NCBI GenBank assembly: GCA_039931065.1
Contig: JBDTSP010000006.1
Span: 126,161-190,160 of the forward strand
Reading direction: 5' to 3'
DNA length: 64,000 nucleotides
From: Pseudomonadota bacterium
GTDB taxonomy: Bacteria; Pseudomonadota; Gammaproteobacteria; Steroidobacterales; Steroidobacteraceae
Shown here: in pieces, positions 33,092 through 42,989 of the stretch
Layout: every line of letters starts with the position of its first letter
Numbering within the stretch: position 1 is the first letter of the stretch
Notes under the pieces: model-generated
Seen by the model: the letters and a program-made list of their open reading frames with translations, nothing else
Databases searched by the model: none
What the model was told of the DNA's origin: nothing
Position numbers and translations under genes: made by a program

Positions 33092-34308
33092 ACCCGCACG
33101 TTGACCGATCAATGAAATGGAGATATCACGCGATGATGCATAGAAATACCAGTCTGCTCGCCCTGCTCGGGGCGGCATTGACTCTCACCACCGGTCTCGC
33201 GCAAGCGCAGACCACCCAGCCGCTGGTGCGCTCGGAGAACCTCTCTTACAAGGGTTCGTTCAAGCTACCGACCATGAGCGGCAATGGCCTGACCTACGGT
33301 GGCACCGCCATCTCGTACAACCAGGCGAACGACTCTTTGTTCGTCGTCGGCCACGTCTACGACCAGGAAATGGTCGAAGTGAAGATCCCGGCGATGGGCG
33401 GAACCGCGACGCTGCTGCAGCCGCTCAAGGATCCGCTGGCCGGAAAACTCGGCTCGATCGGTGGCACCGGATCACGCCGCATCGGCGGCAGCCTGGTGTT
33501 CAAGAACAAGTTGTACGTCACCGGCTTCGTGTTTTATGACGCCGACAACGCGCAGCAGACCACGCACTTCTCGCGGTCGCTGACCTTGAGCGACACGAAT
33601 GTCACGGGGCCGTACAGCGTCGGCTCACAAGGCGCGGGTTTCTACTCGGGCTACATGGGCACTATTCCGGTCGAATGGCAGAGCCTGTTCGGCGGCCCGG
33701 CGCTCACTGGCAACTGCTGCCTGTCGATCATCAGCCGCACGTCTTACGGTCCGGCCGTCTCCGTATTCAATCCCGAGAGCACCTCGGCGACCGCGAAGGC
33801 ACTGGTGTACTACACGCAGAGCAACCAGACGCTCGGTACCTACGGCGCGTCCGGAATCCATCCAGTGTTCAACGGGACGACCCGCATCACGGGCGTGGTA
33901 TTCCCGAACGGCACGTCGACCGTGTTGTTCTTCGGTATGACGGGTGTCGGCAACTACTGCTACGGCGAAGCCGCGGCCTGCAACGATCCGTCCAACAACT
34001 CGAAAGGTGAACACGCCTACCCGTACCGCGCCTATGTCTGGGCATACAACGCGAACGATCTGCTCGCGGTGAAGAACGGCTCGAAGCAGCCGTATCAGGT
34101 CACGCCTTACCAGACGTTCGAGTTGTCGCAGCCTGACAATGTGATCGTCGACTTCGGTATCGGCGGCGCGGCGTACGACCCGGTGTCGAATCGCATCTTC
34201 GTGATTCGCAAGGGCACCGACTCCCCGCCGACCGTGTACGTCTACGAAGTCACGAACAGCACGGCCGTCGTTCGGCCGAACAGCCCCACGGCCGTCTCGG
34301 CGCAGTAA
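33088..34308 (+). CDS. secreted protein of unknown function
   Basis: Signal peptide ...LLALLGAALTLTTGLAQAQ. ATG 33088 overlaps the upstream stop (ATGA). Alternative start ATG 33133 has RBS GGAGA. I recognise no family. Confidence 0.7.
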   Translation: MNPHVDRSMKWRYHAMMHRNTSLLALLGAALTLTTGLAQAQTTQPLVRSENLSYKGSFKLPTMSGNGLTYGGTAISYNQANDSLFVVGHVYDQEMVEVKIPAMGGTATLLQPLKDPLAGKLGSIGGTGSRRIGGSLVFKNKLYVTGFVFYDADNAQQTTHFSRSLTLSDTNVTGPYSVGSQGAGFYSGYMGTIPVEWQSLFGGPALTGNCCLSIISRTSYGPAVSVFNPESTSATAKALVYYTQSNQTLGTYGASGIHPVFNGTTRITGVVFPNGTSTVLFFGMTGVGNYCYGEAAACNDPSNNSKGEHAYPYRAYVWAYNANDLLAVKNGSKQPYQVTPYQTFELSQPDNVIVDFGIGGAAYDPVSNRIFVIRKGTDSPPTVYVYEVTNSTAVVRPNSPTAVSAQ

Positions 34309-34314
34309 CGAACG

Positions 34315-34347
34315 ACACGCGGGCGGCGCACTGCCGCCCGCGTGTTT
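34315..34347. terminator. bidirectional terminator hairpin between convergent operons
   Basis: ACACGCGGGCGGC-GCACT-GCCGCCCGCGTGT, a 13-bp perfect stem, followed by TT. Confidence 0.7.
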
Positions 34348-34366
34348 GCCTCGAGGACCGTCGTTT

Positions 34367-35563
34367 TCAGATCAGAGAGCTCGTCGCGTCGAGCGTACGG
34401 GCGCAAACCTGGGCCCAGTCGAAGTCCGCCGCGAAGCGCCGGCCATTACGTCCCATCAAGCGACGCAACTCGGAATCCACGGCCAACGTTTTCAATGCCG
34501 CCGCGATGTTCGCCGGATCGCGTCCGTCGACCACTAGCCCGGTCTCGCCGTTTCGCACCGCTTCCGTCTGCCCGCCGCTGTCGCCGCAGATCGATGGCAC
34601 GCCGGACGCGGCCGCTTCGAGGAACACGATGCCGAATCCTTCGATCATTTCTCCGATCTGCACCGATGGCATCGCGTGGATGTCGACCGACGCGAACAAC
34701 AATCTCTTCTGCGCTTCGCTGACCGGGCCCGGGAACCGGACCCGATCCGCGATGCCGAGGTCGCTCGCGAGCTGCGTTAGCGCGGCGCGCTCCTGTCCGT
34801 CGCCCGCGCACACGTAGGCAACGTCGACTCCCACGCGGCGCAGTTCCGCGATCGCACGTAGCACCCCGGCCTGATTCTTGCGGGCTTCCATGCGCGCGAC
34901 CGTTCCGACGACGACGGTCCCCGCCGACCAGCCCCACGAGGCGCGGCATTCCACGATCTGCGCGTCGGGCACGACGAACGACTGCGCATCGACGCCCGGC
35001 GCGATGCAGACGATTTTCGCCGACGGCGCCAGATCCAGCACGATGCGGCGCGTGCTCTCGCTGTTGGCGATGACGAGATCGGCCCCGGCGTAAACCCGCT
35101 GCGCCATCCAGCGCAGCTGCGTGCTGAGTTTCGCAATGAGGATTTCCTCGCCGTGGGCGTAGGTCACGAGCTTTACGTTGCGATGGAGGCGTTTGCACAG
35201 CAGTCCGGTGAACCCTTCCGGCCAGGAGCGCAACGCATGCACGAGCGTGTGTTTCGCGGGCCGCGTGAGCCGGCGCAAGGCGCGCGCATGCTCGATGAAT
35301 CGGGTCACACAGCCCGGCGACACCAGGCTCAGCTGCGTGAACGGGCGCGCGCTGCGGTGCAGCTCGAGTGAACCGTGAGCGCGCGCATCGAAGTCGCGTT
35401 CCGACCTGGCGGTCGCCGCGTCTGCGGAGGGCTCGACGGTCAGGACCTGAACCGGTGCGGGCCAGCGCCGATACACCTCGTACAACCAGGAATGGGCGCC
35501 ACCGATTTTCGGCGCCCAGTCGTAACTCACGATGGCATGTGCGATTTCAGAGTGCGGCTTCAT
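34367..35563 (-). CDS. family 4 (GT-B) glycosyltransferase
   Basis: EGFGIVFLEAAASGVPSICGDSGGQTEAV is an E-x7-E region. Confidence 0.85.
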   Translation of the reverse strand: MKPHSEIAHAIVSYDWAPKIGGAHSWLYEVYRRWPAPVQVLTVEPSADAATARSERDFDARAHGSLELHRSARPFTQLSLVSPGCVTRFIEHARALRRLTRPAKHTLVHALRSWPEGFTGLLCKRLHRNVKLVTYAHGEEILIAKLSTQLRWMAQRVYAGADLVIANSESTRRIVLDLAPSAKIVCIAPGVDAQSFVVPDAQIVECRASWGWSAGTVVVGTVARMEARKNQAGVLRAIAELRRVGVDVAYVCAGDGQERAALTQLASDLGIADRVRFPGPVSEAQKRLLFASVDIHAMPSVQIGEMIEGFGIVFLEAAASGVPSICGDSGGQTEAVRNGETGLVVDGRDPANIAAALKTLAVDSELRRLMGRNGRRFAADFDWAQVCARTLDATSSLI

Positions 35564-36578
35564 AAATCTCGGCGTAGGACTTCATCGTGGCGCGCAGATC
35601 GAATTGCGCGCGGGATTCGCGAATGGCGTTTTCGCGGATGACTTGATAGCGGGACAACGCGGCGTCGATGGCGCCAGCGAAACTCTTCGGGTCGAGGGCG
35701 AACACCTGTCCGCAATCCCGCTCGCGTACGAACGCGCTGAACTGCGCGACTTCGGATATGAGCACCGGGACACCGCACGCCAGCGTCTCGACCAGACTGC
35801 GAGGGCATTCCTTGCCGCCGTCGGGCGTGGTGAACGGGATGACCGTGAAATCGTGCTGCAGGTACAACGCGCGCATGTCGTCCTGCACACCCTCGAGCAA
35901 CGTGACGTTGGTGAGATTGCCGGCCGCGATCAACTGCCGGGTGGTCTCGGCGGCCGTCCCGCCGGTACGCCACGGGCGTGACAACAGGCTGAACTCGATG
36001 CCGGGATACTCACGCGCCACGTCCATCAGGAACGACACGCCGCGTTCGGCCATTTCTTCGCTGGCGCGCGGAAATGTCGCCAGCAGTACCCGCGGCTTCG
36101 GGTTGGCGGGTTTACCGTCGCCAGGCTGGAATGCCTGCAGATCGATCCCCGGATAGATCATGCGGACGCGCGAACTATTTACTCCCTGCCGTTCGAGAGA
36201 GCGCGCCATGCCGTAGGTCTGCACGACCACGGCCGCACACCGTTCGAGGAATTCCGGTACGAGCTGCCCTTTTTCGGTCGCCATGGTGAGCACGATCGGC
36301 CGGCGCCGCAGCGTCTTGTGAAACACCCACGGCGAGGTCTCGCCGTAGACATGGTTCACGTCACCGCCGCGCTCGAGCAGCGGTATCGCGACTCGCAGCA
36401 GCGGGTCCCACGCTGGATTGAACCCGAGCACCCGCCCGCGGTCCTCCATCCGCAGCGACAAGTGCGGGTTCACGGCGAGTATCCGGCCGCGGAAATGCGT
36501 GGCGAGTTCGAGGACCTCCTTCGATACCGCTTCGATCTGCGGCTCGAGCGGCGCGGTGGTCCAGTAGTTGATCCGCAC
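35547..36578 (-). CDS. GT-B fold glycosyltransferase
   Basis: The C-terminal half (...ECPRSLVETLACGVPVLISE...) looks GT4-like. It overlaps the downstream gene by 17 nt. Confidence 0.7.
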   Translation of the reverse strand: MRINYWTTAPLEPQIEAVSKEVLELATHFRGRILAVNPHLSLRMEDRGRVLGFNPAWDPLLRVAIPLLERGGDVNHVYGETSPWVFHKTLRRRPIVLTMATEKGQLVPEFLERCAAVVVQTYGMARSLERQGVNSSRVRMIYPGIDLQAFQPGDGKPANPKPRVLLATFPRASEEMAERGVSFLMDVAREYPGIEFSLLSRPWRTGGTAAETTRQLIAAGNLTNVTLLEGVQDDMRALYLQHDFTVIPFTTPDGGKECPRSLVETLACGVPVLISEVAQFSAFVRERDCGQVFALDPKSFAGAIDAALSRYQVIRENAIRESRAQFDLRATMKSYAEIYEAAL

Positions 36579-36584
36579 TGGACC

Positions 36585-37370
36585 TCAATGCTTGCGGCAT
36601 ACCGCGACCCACTCGAGCGGCGCGCCGGAAGGCACGAGTTCGAGTAGTCGCAGCAGGGGCGGAATGACCGGCCCGATCACATCGTCGAGCTTGTAGCTCA
36701 ACAGCGATTGCGCGGTGAAGTGTTTGAGGATGGGGTGCAGGCTCACGACGTCGAAGCCATTTCCCTTCATCTCCTCGACGAACGACTTTGCGGTGTAGGT
36801 CACGTCGTAAATCGGAATTTCGCCGGCGGCGCGCTGCGGATTGCGGGCTTCGACCTGTTGGTACACCACCTCTCCCACCACGTCGAACACCAGCAGGCCA
36901 CCGGTCTTGAGCGATTGCCGCAGGTTTGCGTACAACTGCTCGCGCTCGGGGTTGCGGAAGTGCCGCAGGAAACGAAACGTGTAGGCGAAGTCGAAACTCT
37001 CAGGCGTCACGAACGCCGGTAGATTGAAGGCATCGCCCTGCAGGACCTTCCACTGATCGGAGAGTCCGGCGCCGGCGAGACGCTGGCGCGCGATCGCGAT
37101 CATCTCCTCACTGTTCTCGACCATCGTGCCTTTCACGTTGTGCGTCATCTCGACCGCGAGGCGCGCGGGACCGGGCGCCACTTCGAGCAGGCTCGCCGGC
37201 GCGTACTGCGTGATGGCGCGGTTCAGGATGGCGATCTGCTGCTTGTGCAGCATGCGTTGCCACGAGAACTGCATACGCTTGTCCAGATAGGCGCCGGCGA
37301 TGGCGCCGCTCTCGTAGATGGCGGCGACGCTGCGTTGCTGGTCGGCGAGCGGTTTTTGTTCACTGTTCAT
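36585..37370 (-). CDS. class I SAM-dependent methyltransferase
   Basis: LLEVAPGPARLAVEM (motif I) and GGLLVFD (post-I/II). The start overlaps the upstream stop (ATGA). Confidence 0.85.
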   Translation of the reverse strand: MNSEQKPLADQQRSVAAIYESGAIAGAYLDKRMQFSWQRMLHKQQIAILNRAITQYAPASLLEVAPGPARLAVEMTHNVKGTMVENSEEMIAIARQRLAGAGLSDQWKVLQGDAFNLPAFVTPESFDFAYTFRFLRHFRNPEREQLYANLRQSLKTGGLLVFDVVGEVVYQQVEARNPQRAAGEIPIYDVTYTAKSFVEEMKGNGFDVVSLHPILKHFTAQSLLSYKLDDVIGPVIPPLLRLLELVPSGAPLEWVAVCRKH

Positions 37371-38800
37371 GAAAGACTGTTCCTGTTGGGCTCGAATTCT
37401 TTGGGCTGATTGGGCGTGGATCGTGCAGCAACGCCGGCATTAGACGGCGGGGCACGGCGCAGCGCGGCTCGCCCGGGCTTCGCGCCCGCGGCCAGGGGCA
37501 ATCCCATTCGTTGGTGCGCAGTAACCAGCAGCACCACGTTCACGAGCAGGATCAGGCAGTAGAAGATTTCGGACAGCTGCAGCGAGAGAAAAAGCGCGCA
37601 GACGGCGAACCCGAAGAACGCGACCAGCACTGCTTCATTGATGAGGTAGAGCATGTCCCGCTCGCGATCGCCCGTCGCCTCCGCGCGTTGGTCGCGCAAG
37701 CGCGTGCCGTTGCGCCACAACGAGGTGATCGAGACGACGACGATCAGCACGTACATGAGTCCGGCGATGCCGCCGGATTCCGCGCTGATCTGCAGCGCCG
37801 TGTTGTGCGCCTCACGCGGCTTCTTGTCCGAGTAGTCAGGGAACGCAGGTCCGAGCGAGGCAAGGCCCACTCCGGTGACCGGATGGTCCTTGAGCATACC
37901 GATCGCAGCATGCCAGGCCTCGATGCGCGTGGATGCCGAGGTCTCGGTCTGGTATTCGCCGATCGTGCCGGCGCGCTCCTTCATCAGATCGCCCGCCTGC
38001 CAGTAATAAGCGCCGATGAAGGCCGGGATCAGCAGGAATCCGAGCACCTTGCTCTTGCCACGGATCGCCATCAGCAGGGTCGTCACGCCGATGCCGATGA
38101 GGCCGCCGCGCGAGGCGGTGAGGAACACTGCGTGCCAGCAGAACGGGATGACCAGCCAGATCGCGTATTTCAGCCAGCGCCGCTCCACCGCCTGCGCCAT
38201 GTACCAGAGGAACGGCTGCGCGACGACGAACAACATGGCGAACGCGTTTTCGTCCGAATACGAACCGACCCCATTGATGTCGACAGGGCCCGGCAACCGG
38301 CCCATCACGAAGCCCGACAGGTACATGTTGTTTGCCCAGTAAACGAGATACACGGCGGAGCCGAGGATCGTCAGCACCAGCACCCGCAGCTTCGCGAGAT
38401 CGTCGATGCAGACACAGGCGAGGAAGTACAGCAGGAAGATCTTGTTGAAGGTCGAGAACGCCCACTCCGGATCGGTGAAGCGGTACAGGTTGACGACTTC
38501 GGTGTACGGCCCGAAGTAGTAAGAGATCGCGAAACAGGTCCACAACGTGAGCATGAAGAAATTGAGCTTGTTCGCGAGCAGGGCCGGCTTGAGAACGCCG
38601 CGCAACACGCCGATGCCGAAGCCGATCAGTGTCGGAACGATCACCCACATCGCCGGACGCAGGTCCGCGAAGTTCCACCACCACACCGCCTGCGGCGCCA
38701 GGATCACGATGCCGTAGGCGGCGACGACGCCTATCCACGGGCGCACCAGCGCGACCAGCGAGATGCTCGAGAGAAGAGTGAGGAAGAACAGGCGACCCAT
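37367..38800 (-). CDS. O-antigen ligase/Wzy-like membrane protein, exosortase A locus type (TIGR03097-like, from memory)
   Basis: About 10-12 TM segments. FLTASRGGLIGIGV and AHNTALQISAESGGIAGL are Wzy_C hallmarks. Confidence 0.85.
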   Translation of the reverse strand: MGRLFFLTLLSSISLVALVRPWIGVVAAYGIVILAPQAVWWWNFADLRPAMWVIVPTLIGFGIGVLRGVLKPALLANKLNFFMLTLWTCFAISYYFGPYTEVVNLYRFTDPEWAFSTFNKIFLLYFLACVCIDDLAKLRVLVLTILGSAVYLVYWANNMYLSGFVMGRLPGPVDINGVGSYSDENAFAMLFVVAQPFLWYMAQAVERRWLKYAIWLVIPFCWHAVFLTASRGGLIGIGVTTLLMAIRGKSKVLGFLLIPAFIGAYYWQAGDLMKERAGTIGEYQTETSASTRIEAWHAAIGMLKDHPVTGVGLASLGPAFPDYSDKKPREAHNTALQISAESGGIAGLMYVLIVVVSITSLWRNGTRLRDQRAEATGDRERDMLYLINEAVLVAFFGFAVCALFLSLQLSEIFYCLILLVNVVLLVTAHQRMGLPLAAGAKPGRAALRRAPPSNAGVAARSTPNQPKEFEPNRNSLS

Positions 38801-38815
38801 GGCTGTGTTCGCTCG

Positions 38816-39946
38816 TCAGTGGACCGGCAGCAGGCGGTCGTATTCGGCCAGCACCCGGTCACCGTAGGATTTGAGGTCGTGATGGTCGCACACATGACGG
38901 TGCGCGGCTGTCGCGATGCCCTGCATGAGGTTCGCGTCGCGCAGCAGCGCCCCGATCTGCGCGGCGTATCCGGGCGCGTCACCGGCCGCGATCAGGAAAC
39001 CCGTGCGGCCGTGTTCGATGACTTCGGGAATACCTGCCGTGGGCGCCGCCAGGACGATGGCGCGCGATGCCTGCGCCTCCAGGATCGTGAGCGGCAGCCC
39101 CTCGCTGGTCGAGGGCAGCAGCACCATGTCGGCCGCGCTCAGCAACGCCGGCACGTCGTTGCGAAAACCAGCAAAGGTGACCCGCTCTTCGATTTGTAAT
39201 TCGCGCGTCAGCGCCTGCAGCCGCGCGAGAAAGCCCTGCCCCTCGCTGCGCTCAGCGCCGACGATCCACAGGCGCACCGCGTGGCCCGCGTCGCGCAGCC
39301 GCGCCACGGCCCGGATCGCCGTTTCCTGGCCTTTGTGAGGCGCGAGGTTGGCGACCACCATGAGCAGCGGCAGGTCTTCCGGAACACCGAGTGTGCGCTT
39401 GGCGGCGGCGCGGTCCGCGCCCTGGTATTGGCCCAGGTCAATGGCGTTACGAATGACGGAAACACGTGTCGCGGCCCGCGGCGGCAGCGCCGACTCGACC
39501 GCGCGGCGCATGAAATCCGCGCAGACGATGATCGTATCGGGTGGGGAACGGAGCGCCCACGACAGCTGCTCGACCGAGAAATCGAGATGCACGTGCAGGA
39601 CGGTTTTGATCCGCGCTGCGGCGAAGAACGGCCGCGCGGCTCCATACACGAACGGCGCGTGCACGTGGACCAGCGCCGCCCGCTTGTTAGGCACACGTCC
39701 GTAGAGACTGGCATTTTCGAACAACGAGCGCAGCCGGCTGGTGCCGGTCAGCCGGTCGACCCGATAACGCAGGTACGGGTATCCCGCGCCCTGCGCGCTG
39801 CGTTCGGCCTCGCCGCCACCCGGCAGCAGCAGGCGGCTCACCGCGCCACGCGCGCCGACGGCATGTGCATGCAGTTGCATGGCGAGTTTCGCCCCGCCGC
39901 CGACATGCGGCGACACGAGCATCTGAAAATACCGGGGCTCGCTCAT
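38816..39946 (-). CDS. family 4 glycosyltransferase
   Basis: LLPSTSEGLPLTILEAQASRAIVLAAPTAGIPEVI. ATG 39946 overlaps the asnB-like stop (ATGA). The track start at 40006 is an extension. Confidence 0.85.
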   Translation of the reverse strand: MSEPRYFQMLVSPHVGGGAKLAMQLHAHAVGARGAVSRLLLPGGGEAERSAQGAGYPYLRYRVDRLTGTSRLRSLFENASLYGRVPNKRAALVHVHAPFVYGAARPFFAAARIKTVLHVHLDFSVEQLSWALRSPPDTIIVCADFMRRAVESALPPRAATRVSVIRNAIDLGQYQGADRAAAKRTLGVPEDLPLLMVVANLAPHKGQETAIRAVARLRDAGHAVRLWIVGAERSEGQGFLARLQALTRELQIEERVTFAGFRNDVPALLSAADMVLLPSTSEGLPLTILEAQASRAIVLAAPTAGIPEVIEHGRTGFLIAAGDAPGYAAQIGALLRDANLMQGIATAAHRHVCDHHDLKSYGDRVLAEYDRLLPVH

Positions 39947-41847
39947 GTGGGACGACTCTCGGACGCACTGGTTCGCCGCCACAACGACAGCATCATGAGA
40001 CCCCACAGGAACACGCTGTGATCACGCGTGGCGCCCTGGTGTTCCTGCCACATGGTCCGCACGACCTGCTCGTCGAGCACGCCGCCAAAGGGTCGCGATG
40101 AATCGAACAGCAGCGACTCGGCCATCGGCGCCAGGTCGCCGCGCAGCCACTTGGCGGCCGGAATCGAGAAGCCCTGCTTCGGCTTGTTACGCACTTCGGC
40201 CGGCAGGCGCCGTGCCGCCAGCTCGCGCAGCAGTAGTTTGCCCGTGCGCCCCTTGATCTTGAGCTCGTCAGGCAGACGTGTGCCGAATTCGATCAGCCGG
40301 TAGTCGAGCAGCGGGCAACGCACTTCCAGCGAGTGCGCCATGCTCATGCGGTCGGCTTTCACCAGCACGTCGTCGGTCATGTAGACATGAATGTCGGCAT
40401 TCTGACTGCGCGCGAGCGGCGTACGCGCGTCGCTGCCGCTGTAGAACGGCATCACCATTTCCATCGGCGTGAAGCCCTTGAGTGCGCTCGCAAACTCCGG
40501 CGAATACAACGCGCTGCGCGCATCGCTGCGCAACCACACGAGGTCGCGGTAGTAAGCCTCGCCGTCAGAGACGGCGAGATTCTCGAAGATGGTCTTGAGT
40601 CGCAGCGGCTGCGGCAGACGCGCCGAGGCCGGCCAAACCGCGCCGAGCGCGCCGAATACGGGGCCGCGCAACGCCGCGGGCAAGGCCGCGCGCAGGCGCG
40701 ACTCGAACATGTGTGGCACGTAGCGGAAGGTGTAGCCGCCGAAACTCTCGTCGCCGCCGTCACCGGACAAGGCCACGGTGACGTTGCGGCGCGCCATCTC
40801 GCACACGTACCAGGTCGGAATGGCGCTCGAGTCGGCCAGCGGTTCGTCGAAATGCCAGGCGATCTTTTCGAGCACCTCGGTGGCCTTGGGCTGCACCACG
40901 AACTCGTGGTGATCCGTCTTGAGATGGCGCGCGATTTCGCCAGCGGTCGAGAGTTCGTTGAATTCACGATCGTCGAAGCCAATGGAATTCGTCACCACCT
41001 GGCGGCCCGACATTTTCGCCATCGACGCCACGACCAGCGAGGAATCGAGGCCACCCGACAGGAACGCGCCGAGCGGCACTTCGCTCATCAGCCGGCAGCG
41101 CACCGCCTCGTCGAGTAATGCCTCGAACTCGTCGGTTGCGGCCGCGAGGCTCATCGGGCGGGGCTCGCCGATGGCGAGCTTCCAGTACTCGCGTTCCTGC
41201 TCGGCGGACGCGCTGACCGTCAGGTGGCGCGCGGCCCGCAGTTTCTTCACGCCCTTGTAGATAGTCTTCGGTGCCGGGATGTAGCCGAACGAGAAATAAC
41301 AGTCGAGCGCTTCCGGATCGACTTCATCCGGCAGGCCGCCACCGGCGCGCAACGCCTTGAGCTCGGAGGCGAACGCGATGAACGAGCCCTTGCGGTAGTA
41401 ATACAGCGGCTTCTTGCCGACGCGGTCGCGCCCCAGCAGCAACGTCTGCGTGCGCGCGTCCCAGATCGCAAGCGCGAACATGCCGTTCAACCGTTCGATG
41501 CAGGCCGCCCCCCATTCGAGATAGCCGACGACGATGACCTCGGTATCCGAGTGAGTGCGGAACTGGTGCCCGCGCGCTTCCAGGTCGCGCCGCAGTTCGA
41601 GGTAGTTATAGATCTCGCCGTTGAAGACGATCTGCACCTGCTCCTGCGCCACGCCGATCGGCTGCTGGCCCGCCGCCACGTCGATGATCGCGAGCCGGCG
41701 GTGGCCGAGGGCCGCATGTGCGTCGACGAAGAACCCCGCGCCATCCGGTCCGCGGTGTTGAATGATCGTGGTCATGCGCTCGATGCGCGCACGGGCCGCT
41801 TCCTGCGAATGGCCTGCGAAGTCTACGAATCCTGCTATGCCGCACAT
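39943..41847 (-). CDS. asparagine synthase (glutamine-hydrolysing)-like amidotransferase, exosortase A system-associated type (TIGR03108-like)
   Basis: MCGIAGF N-terminal nucleophile, RGPDG, and the SGGLDSS PP-loop. Confidence 0.9.
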   Translation of the reverse strand: MCGIAGFVDFAGHSQEAARARIERMTTIIQHRGPDGAGFFVDAHAALGHRRLAIIDVAAGQQPIGVAQEQVQIVFNGEIYNYLELRRDLEARGHQFRTHSDTEVIVVGYLEWGAACIERLNGMFALAIWDARTQTLLLGRDRVGKKPLYYYRKGSFIAFASELKALRAGGGLPDEVDPEALDCYFSFGYIPAPKTIYKGVKKLRAARHLTVSASAEQEREYWKLAIGEPRPMSLAAATDEFEALLDEAVRCRLMSEVPLGAFLSGGLDSSLVVASMAKMSGRQVVTNSIGFDDREFNELSTAGEIARHLKTDHHEFVVQPKATEVLEKIAWHFDEPLADSSAIPTWYVCEMARRNVTVALSGDGGDESFGGYTFRYVPHMFESRLRAALPAALRGPVFGALGAVWPASARLPQPLRLKTIFENLAVSDGEAYYRDLVWLRSDARSALYSPEFASALKGFTPMEMVMPFYSGSDARTPLARSQNADIHVYMTDDVLVKADRMSMAHSLEVRCPLLDYRLIEFGTRLPDELKIKGRTGKLLLRELAARRLPAEVRNKPKQGFSIPAAKWLRGDLAPMAESLLFDSSRPFGGVLDEQVVRTMWQEHQGATRDHSVFLWGLMMLSLWRRTSASESRPT

Positions 41848-41862
41848 GGGTTGGTGACGCTC

Positions 41863-42984
41863 TCAGACTGGCTGCGCGAGCATTTCGCGGTACAGATCGC
41901 GGTAATGGTCGAGCATGCGCGAAAAAAGGAAACGCTCGTGGAAACGGCGGCGTCCGGCTTCGGCGCGTTGCTGGCGCAACACCTCGTCGCGGGCCGCTTC
42001 GCCGATCGCGGACACGAGCGCCGCGACGTCGTCCGACGCCACGACCCAACCCGTCTCGCCCGCGGTGACGATCTCGGGATTGCCACCGACGGCCGTGACC
42101 GCCACCGGCACCGCCGCGGACATCGCTTCGAGCAACGCCATCGACGTGCCTTCGCTGAAACTCGACAGCACGAACAGATCCATGCACTGCGCGAGCTGGC
42201 GCGCATCGTCGCGATAACCGGTGAACGTGATGCGGTCGCCGATGCCGAGCTCGGCGACCAATGCGCGGATGCTCGCCATCTCCGGACCATCGCCGACCAG
42301 CAATCCGCGTACGCGCGGATTCTGCTCGATGACCTGCGCGAGACTCCTGACCAGCATCGGCAGATTCTTGATCGGGTCGAAACGCCCGACGGTGCCGACG
42401 ACGAAATCGCCCGGCGCGATCGCGAGGCTCGCGCGCAAGCGCGCGCGCGCGGCGGCGTCGAGTTCGGTGGGCGCCGTGACGCCGTTGTAGATCACCCGAA
42501 TCTGCGCGGCATCGAGACCCTCATAGGTCTCGAGCCGTTGCCGCACGTCTTCCGACACCGCCACGAAGCGGTGCGTGAGGGGGCGGATCAGCGCGCGATT
42601 CACGAGCGCACGTTTGCGGTTACGGACCTCGGGATAGAACCGGCCGTGTTCTTCGAGCAGCAGTTTTGGCGCAGCGTTGCGTAACCGCGCAAGCGCGGCG
42701 TAGAACCACGGCGTGCACTGGTGTGCGTGTACCAGGCGCGTGCCCGCGGTCCGAAACAGGCGCGCGAGTTTGCCCGGCATCGAAAGATCCATGCCCGGCT
42801 GACGCCAGACGCAATGCACCGCGATTCCTTCGGCGCGCAGCGCCTGGCCCCACGAGCCCGGCTCGTCGAGACAGATCACCGCAAGGTCGAACTCGCGCGC
42901 GAACGCGCGGCTCATGTCGACCACCAGCCGCTCCGTGCCGCCGGGGTTCAAAGCATTCACCACATATGCGATCGCCTGGGACAT
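41863..42984 (-). CDS. PEP-CTERM/XrtA system glycosyltransferase (stp2/TIGR03088-like)
   Basis: GT4 fold: N-terminal NPGGTERLV, and SFSEGTSMALLEAMSAAVPVAVTAVGGNPEIV. It is adjacent to the amidotransferase. Confidence 0.8.
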   Translation of the reverse strand: MSQAIAYVVNALNPGGTERLVVDMSRAFAREFDLAVICLDEPGSWGQALRAEGIAVHCVWRQPGMDLSMPGKLARLFRTAGTRLVHAHQCTPWFYAALARLRNAAPKLLLEEHGRFYPEVRNRKRALVNRALIRPLTHRFVAVSEDVRQRLETYEGLDAAQIRVIYNGVTAPTELDAAARARLRASLAIAPGDFVVGTVGRFDPIKNLPMLVRSLAQVIEQNPRVRGLLVGDGPEMASIRALVAELGIGDRITFTGYRDDARQLAQCMDLFVLSSFSEGTSMALLEAMSAAVPVAVTAVGGNPEIVTAGETGWVVASDDVAALVSAIGEAARDEVLRQQRAEAGRRRFHERFLFSRMLDHYRDLYREMLAQPV

Positions 42985-42989
42985 TCCGT

